The notes: generated from the sequence alone by a model not told the origin. A stretch of DNA of 64,000 nt from Malacoraja senta (GCA_038087875.1 CM075999.1:2978001-3042000), one strand, 5' to 3'. Positions 1 through 12,003 are shown, counted from the first letter of the stretch. Translations and numbers: made by a program.

Positions 1-119
1 AGTTCTACTGCTGAGTGCAATTAAAAAAACCCAAAACATTTGCTACATTGGCCTCAACCCAAGAGAAGGTCAACGAAAAATATTCGAGAGAAAGTTCGAG
101 CAACTTTAAATGAAACATC

Positions 120-125
120 TTTATT
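120..125 (-). promoter_or_regulatory. Candidate polyadenylation signal AATAAA ending a ~1.07-kb 3'UTR
   Basis: TTTATT on plus at 120-125, downstream of the stop codon at 1189; the intervening UTR has no transposon insertions. Confidence 0.5.
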
Positions 126-1188
126 ATTTTTTTTGTGTTTTTTGTTTGCTTTTAAAAGTCTCGCCTCATTGATCCACAATGGGGAGCTGTAGTTCACTAA
201 CTCGAACAGGAGGTGGCGGTCGCAACCGGTCGTAGACAAAATGTAAGCAATCCCAAAGCAAAAAAAATACCTAACAGAGACAGAAAGTACAATTCTACTT
301 TATATTGGTCTTGTTCGTAATAGTTAAAATTATACACGATGCATCGGTCATAAACAGCTCCGGAGGGACAACCCCTCTCTGAAACTATCTTTAAAAATAT
401 TTTTTTGTTGTTTTAAAACACACACACACACACACACACACACAAATACATTTAATATCCCACATTGCTGCAGTCTCAAAAGTTTCCAATTTAGGGCTGA
501 ACAATGGTGAAAGTTCTGACGAGTCTCAAGTTTCCCCCTGCGACTTTTGATCGCTGTTACTCTCAATAAACAAAGCCCCTTATGGTCTTATCCAAACCAA
601 AATACATATAATAACCCATTGCAGAAGATCAGAGCTTTGTCAAAAAAAGTAAAATCAATTAACAAGATGATGAGTTTGAATGCAAACGTCGAGGAGACTG
701 CGTTTTCCACTAAAGTACCTTTTTGCGGATTGCAATGGCAGGTTAACAAATCTTCCACCGATCTTGGAGAGGGGTTAGGGATATTGTTTTTGAAGCGGAA
801 TTTTTTTTTTAATTTTTTTTTTTTTAAACGTGTTTTCCACGAGGCGTGCGTTGTTTAAGCAAACTTCCAAGGAACAAAACACAGGCAGAGAGAGAGAGGG
901 GGGAACCAAAATCCACAAAGGGGTTGATGTTTCTTTACAGAGTAACTCTTTGCGGTTTGCCACACACACTCCGGAGAAACGGGCGACCATTTGCAGTGCA
1001 AAATTCCCGATGTTTGTAACCGGCGAACTATATATATATATATATAATTTTTTTTGAAAGTGTTTTTTTTTTGTCTGTGAAGTTGAAAACTCGCTGTCCC
1101 ACTGTGTGTGTGTGTGTGTGTATTTGGGTGGTATGTGTGTGTTTGGATGGTGTATGTGTGTTTGTGTGTGTGTCTCTCTCTCTCTCTC

Positions 1189-1805
1189 TCAGCAGCTGAC
1201 TGTACTGTGATGCTGCTTGTTAACTAAGTCTGCAATTAAATCGAAGTCGTTGTGTACCAGCCACAGCTCGGGCAGTTCTTGATTGCGGTCTAACCCCAGT
1301 TCCAAGACGAGAGACGTCAACACGTCCTCGTCGATCAGGTCGGTGTCCATAACGTTCAAGGAGAGGGCCGGGGGGGCAGCGTGCGGGAGAGAGGGGTGCT
1401 GAGACGGAGGCAGAGAGCCGCGGTACTGGGGGCCAGCCTGAGCCAGGCCGTTGTTCATTGCCATCAGCGGGTGCCCGTGATACTGGTTGTTGAGTTTCTG
1501 CAGGTGCACCGTGGCCATCAGCTGCTGTGGGCTGAGACTGTCCAGGAACTGTTGCTGCTGTTGCTGCTGCTGGCTGCTGTACATCACGTTGGCTGGTAGC
1601 TGGTGGTGGTGCCCCATCTGCCCTGCCATGTTGGCCAAGCCGGACGCGACCTGACCACTGCGCTGCTGTCCATGCCGGCCCCGCCGTAGTGCAAGAGCTG
1701 GCTGCCCGTGTGATCTCTCCTCAGCCCCGGCTGTGCGAGCTGCGGGCCCTGCAAGCCGTTTAAACCCATCCGGTAGCTTTGAAGTCCATTGGAGCCGTCG
1801 ACCGA

Positions 1806-1847
<42 letters not shown>

Positions 1848-1880
1848 TGGATTCACCGACATCATGATATGTTCAGCCAT
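1189..1880 (-). CDS. CITED4: CITED-family CBP/p300-interacting transactivator, most likely CITED4 (CITED3-type); ~230 aa if a 1-bp frameshift at ~1640 is corrected
   Basis: ATG at 1880 gives MAEHIMMSVNP(G13)VSVDGSNGLQSYRMGLNGLQGP...YGGAGMDSSAVVRSRP. The next frame continues LANMAGQMGHHHQ...QLMATVHLQKLNNQY (CR1) and LNVMDTDLIDEDVLTSLVLELGLDRNQELPELWL...VSC* (CR2). GLQSYRMG and VLTSLVLELGLDR favour CITED4 over CITED1/2. The CDS lies in a single exon, as expected for the family. Confidence 0.88.
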
Positions 1881-1889
1881 CTCCGAGTG

Positions 1890-2185
1890 CTGCAAGAGAG
1901 GGGAGAGAAAAAGCACACACACAAATATTATACACTCGGTGAAAACAACTTTCTAACGCTGCCATTCCGCATTCTTGCAAAGATCTGCACACACGTTGTT
2001 CTTTCTTTCTTTCTGTTCTCTCTCTCCCCCTCTCTCTCTGTGTCTCTCTCCAACCCCCCCCCCCCCGGCAACGATTATCCGGCTCACACAATCAAACGAT
2101 TACATCCCCGGACGATACAACAGGGAAGAGAAAAGAAATCGAGAGAACGACGCAAAACAAACAATAAAAACAATAATCATCTGAC
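1890..2185 (-). other. Intron 1 (in the 5'UTR) of the CITED gene, 296 bp
   Basis: Donor GAAG|GTCAGA at 2186/2185. Polypyrimidine tract plus TTGCAG| acceptor at 1891-1890, 9 nt upstream of the ATG. Confidence 0.75.
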
Positions 2186-2330
2186 CTTCGCCAGTTTCAG
2201 AAACGACTGCGAGCAGAAACTGATTCCTGGAAACGGCCGTCTCCACAATCGCCAGCGGAAAAAAAATTCAACTCCTTGCGCTCATATTACACCAATCCTC
2301 CAGATCAGCCGGTATCCTGCTAAAACACGC
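2186..2330 (-). other. Putative non-coding exon 1 of the CITED gene (TSS ~2330, inferred)
   Basis: Lies between the TATA box (2355-2362) and the splice donor at 2185. Confidence 0.6.
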
Positions 2331-2490
2331 CTCTGGATCAGGGCTCAACTTGGGATTATATAGTGCTGGAGAACAAGAGGCGGCGTGGGGAGGAGTTCGC
2401 TCAACGCTAGACGACTCATGTGTTCGCTCAATTGGCTGCTAGACCCAGCATTCAGCCTCCTGTTTACATTCTCACCAACCAATCCTCCTT
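2330..2490 (-). promoter_or_regulatory. CITED core/proximal promoter
   Basis: TATATAAT at 2362-2355 (minus), GC/Sp-KLF-like GGCGTGGGG ~2382-2390, CCAAT boxes at 2435-2431 (minus) and ~2479-2483 (plus), forkhead TGTTTAC at 2461-2467. Repeats start at ~2530. Confidence 0.65.
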
Positions 2491-2529
2491 CTGCCTGGTT
2501 TCCTGAATGTATGAAAGACAGACACATTT

Positions 2530-3520
2530 TCAAGTCCAGTCACATTTATTTATATGGCACATTTAAAAAAACAACTCTCGTCGGCCAAAGTGCTTTACAT
2601 TTGTTTTAAGAAGCGAATTGGTCGCCGCTGCTCTCTCCTCAAATTGTGTTTCTTATTTTCTTTTGGTGCTTTTGAAATTGAATTGAAATTTGAAATTGAA
2701 ATTGAAATTTGAAATTTCCCCAGCTTAAGGATAAGGGGGAAATCCTTTAAAACCGAGATGAGAAGAACTTTTTTCACACAGAGAGTGGTGAATCTCTGGA
2801 ACTCTCTGCCACAGAGGGTAGTCGAGGCCAGTTCATTGGCTATATTTAAGAGGGAGCTAGATGTGGCCCTTGTGGCTAAAGGGATCAGAGGGTATGGAGA
2901 GAAGGCAGGTACGGGATACTGAGTTGGATGATCAGCCATGATCATATTGAATGGCGGTGCAGGCTCGAAGGGCCGAATGGCCTACTCCTGCACCTAATTT
3001 CTATGTTTCTATGTTTCTATGAATTCTGTCCTTGATTTGTGTACTGTGGTGTTTTCTTATTTAATTTATTCCGATTATGTGTTTTTTTGTTTTGTTGTGA
3101 TTCTATGCATTGTAAGGTGTCCTTGGGTTTTAGAAAGGCGCCAGTAAATAAAATGATTATTATTATTATTATTATTATTATCATAAACAAAGAAACTACA
3201 TACATAGGTACACAAAAACACTGGAGAAACTCAGCGGGTGCAGCAGCAGCATCTATGGAGCGAAGGAAATAGGCAACGTTTCGGCCCGAGACCCTTCTTC
3301 AGACTCTTCTTCAAACTACATACATATATACATACAGCCTATTTCCTTCGCTCCATAGATGCTGCTGCTGCACCCGCTGAGTTTCTCCAGCATTTTTGTG
3401 CACCTACATATAGCCCTCGCTCAGAGGACGTCAAGAAAGGCTTGGGAGTATAGATAAGTTTTTAGTCTAGACTTAAAGGAGTCGATGGAGGGGGCAGTTC
3501 TGATGGGAGGGGGGATGCTG
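2530..3520 (-). mobile_element. L2-type LINE 3' fragment broken up by younger insertions
   Basis: 2531-2600 and 3405-3520 are reverse complements of parts of the contiguous copy at 63380-63642. Confidence 0.6.
2721..3021 (+). mobile_element. CR1 (HER1-like) LINE 3' fragment
   Basis: Encodes ...FKTEMRRTFFTQRVVNLWNSLPQRVVEA...; ends in (TTTCTATG)n. Confidence 0.85.
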
Positions 3521-3591
3521 GCGTGAACTCAGCGGGTCAGGCAGCATCTCTGGAGAGAAGGAATAGGTGCCGGGGTCACAGTTTAAGAATA

Positions 3592-3925
3592 TAGACAAAA
3601 GAGCTGGAGAAATTCAGCGGTGCAGCAGCATCTATGGAGCGAAGGAAATAGGCAACGTTTCCGATAGGAAACGTTGCCTATTTCCTTCGCTCCATAGATG
3701 CTGCTGCACCCGCCCGCTGAGTTTCTCCAGCACTTCCTATAGGAAACGTTGCCTATTTCCTTCGCTCCATAGATGCTGCTACACCCGCCCGCTGAGTTTC
3801 TCCAGCACTTCCTATAGGAAACGTTGCCTATTTCCTTCGCTCCATAGATGCTGCTGCACCCGCTGAGTTTCTCCAGCACTTTTGTCTACCTTCGATTTTC
3901 CCAGCATCCGCAGTTCCTTCTTAAA
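3592..3925. mobile_element. Penelope pLTR insertion (inverted arm plus three 75-bp tandem arms) inside a CR1 fragment (3572-4220)
   Basis: 15-bp TSD CACAGTTTAAGAATA at 3577-3591 and 3926-3940; tandem units start at 3664, 3739 and 3814. Confidence 0.8.
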
Positions 3926-4364
3926 CACAGTTTAAGAATAAGGGGTAGGCCATTTAGGACTGAGATGAGGAAAAACGATTTCACCCAGAGAGTTGTGAAT
4001 CTGTGGAATTCTCTGCCACAGAAGCCAGTGGAGGCCAATTCACTGGATGTTTTCAAGAGAGAGTTAGATGTAGCTCTGGGGCTACCGGAATCAAGAGATA
4101 TGGGGGGGAAGCAGGAACGGGGTACTGGTTTTGGATGATCAGCCATGATCATATTGAATGGCGGTGTGTGCTGGCTCGAAGGGCCGAATGGCCATCTCCT
4201 GCACCTATCTTCTATGTTTTGGTTCAAGACCCTTCTTCAGCGAGAGTCAGGGGAGAGGGAGACACAGAGATATGGAAGGGTAAGGTGTGAAAACAAGAGA
4301 TCAAAGGGGACAAAATTACATCACCTGTGCATGTTCTCCAGAGATGCTGCCTGACGTGCTGAGT

Positions 4365-5145
4365 TCGTTCGCTCGTGTGTCAGACGGTGTACTGCCATCG
4401 CTTTGCCACAGCCAGTGCCATATCTGTGCCTCTGCGGATATTGTCCCCAGTGTATGCCTCTCCGCCGCAAATCAGTAGGTGGGCCGTTGTGTGTACCTCT
4501 CCACAGTTGCACTTGTCAGAGTCCGAGATGCCCCACTTCTTCGGGCGGAGTCCGCAACGTCCCACTCCAGTGCGGAGGCGGTTTAGGGCTTTCCAGGTGG
4601 TATAAGGCAGGTGGTGTCCTGGTGCAGGTGGTGCCCTGGTGCAGGTGGTGCCCTGGGGGTGCAGGTGGTGCCCTGGTGCAGGTGGTGTCCTGGGGGTGCA
4701 GGTGGTGTCCTGGGGGTGCAGGTAGTGTCCTGGGGGTGCAGGTGGTGTCCTGGGGGTGCTGGTGGTGTCCTGGTGCAGGTAGTGTCCTGGGGGTGCAGGT
4801 AGTGTCCTGGGGGTGCAGGTGGTGTCCTGGGGTGCAGGTAGTGTCCTGGGGGTGCAGGTGGTGTCCTGGGGGTGCAGGTGATGTCCTGGTGAAGGTGGTG
4901 TCCTGGTGCAGGTGGTGTCCTGGAGGTGCAGGTGGTGTCCTGGGGGTGCAGGTGGTGTCCTGGGGGTGCAGGTGGTGTCCTGGTGCAGGTGGTGTCCTGG
5001 TGCAGGTAGTGTCCTGGTCCCATCTGTGGTTTGGTTTTGGTGTCTGGCACGGTTGGCTCCAGTTCCATGAAGCTGTTACGACTCTTCAAGCGTTTCCTGG
5101 CATGTTGGTGATTGTGCAATGGGTGACGGGGGTCGGTGTCCGCAT
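4365..5145 (-). mobile_element. Vingi/Ingi-like non-LTR retrotransposon ORF C-terminus, interrupted by a minisatellite
   Basis: HPLHNHQHARKRLKSRNSF ... LNRLRTGVGRC...KKWG...CNCGEVHTTAHLLICG (C-terminal zinc-knuckle-like motif). Confidence 0.55.
4605..5018 (+). repeat. G-rich minisatellite, 18/21-bp units GGTGCAGGTGGTGTCCT(G)n
   Basis: About 20 tandem units, directly visible. Confidence 0.9.
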
Positions 5146-5417
5146 TGCTGAGTTGCTCCAGCACTTTGTGTCCTTTTGTGCATTAACTAGCACCTGCAGT
5201 TCCTTGCTTTTACATTTTGACAACTGATTTGATTCCCTATTTGAAGGTCGCCTATTCCTTCAAGGGTCTCGACCTGAAACGCCGCCTATTTCCTTCGCTC
5301 CATAGATGCTGCCTCACCCGCTGAGTTTCTCCAGCATTTTTGTCTACCTACGATTCTTCCAGCATCTGCAGTTCTTTCTTAAACAAATGATTCCCTATTT
5401 GGCTGCACTCTGATCCT

Positions 5418-5842
5418 CTGATCATTGGCCCTGACCTCCCTACCATCGAGGGGATCTATCGCAGTCGCTGCCTCAAAAAGGCTGGCAGCATCATCAAGGA
5501 CCCACACCATCCTGGCCACACACTCATCTCCCCGCTACCTTCAGGTAGAAGGTACAGGAGCCTGAAGACTGCAACGTCCAGGTTCAGAAACAGCGACTTC
5601 CCCACAGCCATCAGGCTATTGAACTCAACTCAAACAAAACTCTGAACATTAATAGCCCATTATCAGTTTATTTGCACTTTATCAGTTTATTTATTCATGT
5701 GTGTATATATTTATATAATGGTATATGGACACACTGATCTGTTTTGTAGTCAATACCTACTATGTTCTGTTGTGCTGAAGCAAAGCAAGAATTTCATTGT
5801 CCTATCTGGGACACATGACAATAAACTCACTTGAATCTCTTG
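5418..5842 (+). mobile_element. Rex1/Babar-like LINE 3' fragment
   Basis: DLPTIEGIYRSRCLKKAGSIIKDPHHPGHTLISPLPSGRRYRSL...; 3'UTR with AATAAA and a short CTTGA-type tail. Confidence 0.75.
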
Positions 5843-7649
5843 ATCCAATCACAGAATGAAAGCAAAACCAATTACTATCTATCTAAGAGGTAGTTAGTTA
5901 TCACTGCATTCATGATTTTGCTTTGTGCACTTGTTGCTTGTAAGTTTCAGCGTGGCCACGATGAAACTCTGTTACAAAGAGCTTGCAACTTTGTAAACGT
6001 GTACATATATAAACAACTCGGTGGAGTTGAATGGGCATATTATTGTTTATTCAGTTCAAGGTTGCGATTTTTATAGCTCACAGGAATAACAATGTTATTC
6101 TTTTAAGACTAAGAAATAGCTGGCCAGCTCTTGGGAGCGAAATAACACATGGTCCTCAGCTGGAAACATGTATGGAAACTCTCAAATGTTGAAGGTTGAT
6201 TTCCCCCCCCCCAAGGGGAACCAGTCTATCTTTTCAGGAGCGCTCCGTCTGTCAGCAAAAACACAAGGTTCAAGAAGGAACTGCAGTTGCTGGAAAATCG
6301 AAGGTAGACAAAATTGCTGGAGAAACTCAGCGGGTACGGCAGCATCTGTGGAGCGAAGGAAATAGGCAACGTTTCGGGCCGATACCCGAAGGAAATAGGT
6401 AACGTTTCAGGCCGAAACCCGAAGGGTTTCGTCCCGAAACGTTGCCTATTTCCTTCCCTCCATAGATGCTGCCTCACCCGCTGAGTTTCTCCAGCAAAAC
6501 CAGCAAGGTTTCAGTTCAGTTCAGTTTATTGTCACGTGTACCGAGGTCCAGTGAAAAGCTTTTGTTGCGTGCTATCCAGCCAGCGGAAAGACAATACATG
6601 ATTACAAACGATCTGTCCACAGTGTACAGATACATCAATAGACAATAGGTGTAGGAGTAGGCCATTCGGCCCTTCGACCCAGCACCGCCATTCAATGTGA
6701 TCATGGCTGATCATCCCCAATCAGTACCCCGTTCCTGCCTTCTCCCCATATGCCCTGACTCCACTATCTTTAAGAGCCCTACCTAGCTCTCTCTTGAAAG
6801 CATCCAGAGAACCGGCCTCCACCGCCTTCTGAGGCAGAGAATTCCACAGACTCACCACCCTCTGTGTGAAAAACACAACTCTCTGTGTTTCCTCATCTCC
6901 GTTCTAAATGGCTTACCCCATATCCTTAAACTGTGGCCCCTGGTTCTGGACTTTCCAAACATCATAAGATCATAAGTGATAGGAGCAGATTTAGGCCATT
7001 CGGCCCATCAGGTCTACTCCACCATTCAATCATGGCTGATCTATCTCACCCTCCTAACCCCATTCTCCTGCCTTCACCCCATAACCTCTGACACCCGTAC
7101 TAATCAAGAATTGAAAACGGAATGATGTTTAGTGCAAGATAAAGCCAGCAAAGTCCGATCAAAGATAGTCCGAGGAGTCACCGATGAGGTAGATGAGATA
7201 GAACCAATGAGGTTCAGGACTGCTCTCTGGTTGTGGTAGGATGGTTCAGTTGCCTGGTAACAGCTGGGGAGAAACGGTTCCTGAATCTGGAGGTGTGCGT
7301 TTTCACACTTCTGTACTTCCCTAATGGGAGAGGGGAGAAGAGGGACAACAGACAATTGGTGCAGGAGTAGGCCATTCTGCCCTTCAAGCCAGCACCGCCA
7401 TTCAATGTGATCCTGGCTGATCATCCACAACCAGGGAGTGGCCGGGGTGCAAGTCATCCTTGATTACGCTGCTGGCCTTACCGAGGCAGCGTGAGGTGTA
7501 GATGGAGTGGGCCAGGCATCATCTGTGGAGGGAATGTGTAGGAAGGAACTGCAGATGCTGGTTTACACCAAAGACAGGCACAAAGTGCTAGAGTAACTCA
7601 GGGGGACAGGCAGCATCTCTGGAAAAAAAGGAATAGGTGGCGTTGCCAA

Positions 7650-8160
7650 AGAGGGAGTACAGAGAAGGTTCACCAGACTGATTCCTGGGATGTCAGGACT
7701 TTCATATGAAGAAAGACTGGATAGACTCGGCTTGTACTCGCTAGAATTTAGAAGATTGAGGGGGGATCTTATAGAAACGTACAAAATTCTTGAGGGGTTG
7801 GACAGGCTAGATGCAGGAAGATTGTTCCCGATGTTGGGGAAGTCCAGGACAAGGGGTCACATTTTAAGGATAAGGGGGAAATCCTTTAGGACCGAGATGA
7901 GGAAAACATTTTTCACACAGAGAGTGGTGAATCTGTGGAATTCTCTCCCACAGAGGGTAGTTGAGGTCAGTTCATTGGCTATATTTAAGAGGGAGTTAGA
8001 TGTGGCCCTTGTGGCTAAAGGGATCAGGGGGTATGGAGAGAAGGCAGGTACAGGATACTGAGTTGGATGACCAGCCATGATCACATTGAATGGCGGTGCA
8101 GGCTCGAAGGGCCGAATGGCCTACTCCTGCACCTATTTTCTATGTCTATGTCTATGTTTC
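7650..8160 (+). mobile_element. CR1 LINE ORF2 C-terminus plus 3'UTR
   Basis: ORF 7690-8061: LSYEERLDRLGLYSLEFRRLRGDLIETYKIL...FFTQRVVNLWNSLP. Confidence 0.9.
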
Positions 8161-9155
8161 GGGTCGAGACCCTTCACTTCATTTTGTAGAAGGGTCTCAA
8201 CCTATTTCAAGAAGAGTCACCTATTTCTTTTCTCTAGAGATGCTGCCTGACCAGCTGAGTTATAGACAATAGACAATAGGTGCAGGAGTAGGCCATTAGG
8301 CCCTTCGAGCCAGCACCGCCATTCAATGTGATCATGGCTGATCATTCCCAATCAGTTACTAGAGTTTTGTGTGTCCACCTCTGGAGGAAAATAATAGGTG
8401 ACGTTTTGGGTCGAGGCCCTTCTTCACTTCTTCTGACGAAGGGTCTCGACCCGAAACATGTCTCCAGACATGCTGTCTGACCCGCTGAGTTACTCCAGCA
8501 TTTTGAGGCTATGGTCTCTGGTCCTAGACTCTCCCACTATTGGAAACATCCTCTCCACATCCACTCTGTCCAGGCCTTTCGCTATTTGATAGGAGCAAGA
8601 TGAGATTGTGGCCAGTGTGGTGGTGTAATCGTGTATAGTCTTTCCGCTGACTGGTTAGCTCGCAACAAAAGCTTTTCCCTGCGCCTCGGTACACGTGACA
8701 ATTAACTAAACGGCAACTGGGTCAGCGTGGACGAGGTGGGCCGAAGGGCCTGTTTCCGCGCATCAGAGCTCTATAACAACCTCTGGTCTAGCATTATGCA
8801 ATGAGGAGCTGCTAAAGCTGGAAACATGCACCAGAAAGATTTAAAGCCTTGCAGCACATCAAGGGATTGAAATATGTTTGCACAAGGAAAGTATTTGAAG
8901 GAAAGTTATTGCCACGCTGATGTAATGCGAATGGAATGATGTGATGTATTGGGAACTGTAACATATGAATGCTCTGTATTATTCATTTGCAAATTTTTAG
9001 CAAATTAAGTAATATTTCTGAAATTTAAAAAAAGTTGTTTATTCAATTAACAACATCTGCAGAGAGAGAGGAGGCCGTTCTCATCAAAGAACGTTCTTGC
9101 AATAATATTTTCCCAAAGTACATGGACAAAATCTATCCTTTAGTTGAACTTCAGT

Positions 9156-9717
<562 letters not shown>

Positions 9718-10599
9718 GTTTGACTGAGTGTGAAATTAAACGACTCTCCCTTGGAAAAGCATTGTCACTAAATGTCTGAAGCAAAAACCCCTCCCCCCTC
9801 CTCATTCCGTTTTTAAACTCAGTATTTAGTTTAGGGATGCAACATGGAAACAGACCCTTCGACCCACCGAGTCCATGCTAACCATCGATCACACATTCAC
9901 GCCAGTACTAAGTCATCCCACTTTCTCATCCACTCCCGACACTAGGAACTTCATTGTTCCGTTTCGGGACATAAGACAAGAAAACACTCTTGACTCTTGG
10001 CATTTGGTCACCATTGTCAAGTTGGGCTGAAGGTCCTGTTCACATGTTGTGCATACTCTAAGACTCTACACTGCACCCTCATTAAAGACTTCTGTGTGCA
10101 AAACCTATCTGAGGATTTCTCATAGTAACCTTAAAAAAATGATTTTATTAAAAATATTAAATATTAATTACATTTTTATTAAAAATGATTTAATTAATAG
10201 TTGTTAGTTTATGTTAGTTTAGTTTATTGTCATGTGTACTGAGGTACAGTGAAAAGCTTTTGTTGCTTGCTAACCAGTCAGCGGAAAGACTACATGATTA
10301 TAATCGAGCCGTTCACAGTGTTCGGATACATGATAAGGGAATAACATTTAGTGCAAGGTAAAGCCAGTGAAGTTCGATTAATGATAGTCTGATGTTATGA
10401 TACAATAATCTGAATGAGCAGTTTTGTTCCACGGTTTAATAATAAATATCTGTTAGTAAGTGAAAATATAAGGTAAACATTTTTCTGAACTTCACCTAGA
10501 TTATCCACAGTCTACAAACCCACTGCATCTTGCAATACACCAATGATAACGATCCATAAAGGCTTTCCAGGTGCAGGTATTTCACACATATGTCGCATA

Positions 10600-11160
10600 G
10601 GGCGGCATGGTGGTGCAGCGGGTAGAGCTGCTGCCTCACAGCGCCAGAGACCCATGTTCGATCCTGACTACGCTACGGGTGCAGTCTGTACGGAGTTTGT
10701 AGCTTCTCCCTGTGACCTGCATGGGTTTTCTCCGAGATCTTCGGTTTCCTCCCGCACTCCAAAGGCGTACGGGTTTGAAGGTTAATTGGCTTGGTATAAA
10801 TGTAAAAACTGTTGCTAGCGTGTGCAGGATAATGTTAAGGACCTGTCCCACTTGGCGATTTTTTTCAGCGACTGCCGGCATCATTGACTGACGTATCAGG
10901 TCACCAAAAAAATTGTGGCGTGACGCGGCGTGATGCCGTATTGACGCGCGGTGTTTTTTCAAGTGTCGCAACATTTTTTTTGTCGCCGCCGGATTTTGAA
11001 ATGCTCAAAATCTTTTGGCGACACCGATATGACGCCGGCAGTCGCCGAAAAAATCGGCAAGTGCGACGGGCCCATTAGTATGCGGGGATCACTGGTCGGT
11101 GCGGACTGGGTGGGCCGAAGGGCCTGTTTCTGCACTGTATCTCTGAACTAAACTTAAACT
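10600..11160 (+). mobile_element. tRNA-derived V-SINE (HE1-like), interrupted by a MITE
   Basis: A/B-box head, GGAGTTTG...TTCTCCC...GGTTTCCTCCC...CTCCAAAG V-core, CR1-like tail GGGCCGAAGGGCCTGTTTC and (TAAAC)n. Confidence 0.85.
10838..11074. mobile_element. PIF/Harbinger-type MITE
   Basis: Long TIRs AGG(G)CCTGTCCCACTTGGCGATTTTTT; TTA duplicated at 10835-10837 and 11075-11077 relative to the uninterrupted SINE. Confidence 0.75.
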
Positions 11161-11719
11161 TCCTTCTGGTGAATGGAGAGCTTGCGTCTGTCCACATTTA
11201 AGTCTGATGTGCATTAAAACAGGACCTGGGTCTTGACAGCATGGGGAGATATTTTAGAAATCCATGCTGGTGTGAATGGCCAAAAGACATAGCTGATTGA
11301 TCATTGATACATTGCCTTCCAGCATTGATGAGTTGCAAGACAAAGAAAGTGTCTAGTTTGCAAGTAACATTGATATGTTTATTCCTGTGTCATCAATCCT
11401 TTATTGTTCCTTGCCCTGGTTTCTTGGTGCCTGTGTTCTTTTGTGACTTGTTACAGCTGTTCTCAACTGCACTAGCACAGTATTTCATCAACGCTAAACA
11501 GACATCTTACTCCATTTAACGTGTAGGAAGGAACTGCAGATGCTGGATTAAACCGAAGAAACACATTAAATGCTGGAGTAACTTAGCGGAACAGGCAGCA
11601 TCTCCGGAGAGAAGGAATGGGTGACGTTTTGGGACGAGACCCTTCTACAACTCGTCGTCTGCCATTCTCAGTGCGTTATCAGTGAATTAATTTTTACATT
11701 TTGGATATTTTGCTCAGGA

Positions 11720-12003
11720 GGGCGGCACGGTGGCGCAATGGTAGAGCTGCGGCTTCACATCTCCATAGATCCTGACCGCGGGTGCTGTCTGTACGGAGTC
11801 TGTACTTCTCCCTGTGACCCGTGTGGGTTTTCTCCCGGTGCACAGGTTTCCAACCCACACTCCGAAGACGTACAGGTTTGTAGGCTTATTGACTTCTGTA
11901 AATTGAAAAGTTGTCCCTTGTGTGTAGGATAGAACTGGTGTACGGGGTGATCGCTGGTCGGCGCAGATTCGATGGGCTGAAGGGCCTGTTTCCACACTGC
12001 ATC
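11720..12003 (+). mobile_element. V-SINE (HE1-like)
   Basis: Head, V-core and CR1-like tail matching the other copies. Confidence 0.8.

Noticed and set aside
1881..1922. N-terminal extension of the CITED ORF to 1922
   Set aside because: It runs across the splice acceptor into the intron; the family-conserved start is ATG 1880.
1779..2363. 194-aa antisense ORF with poly-Pro
   Set aside because: Shadow of the CITED poly-G tract, intron and 5'UTR; non-ATG start and no recognisable domain.
4403..5227. 274-aa plus-strand ORF
   Set aside because: Antisense read-through of a stop-free minisatellite and LINE remnant.
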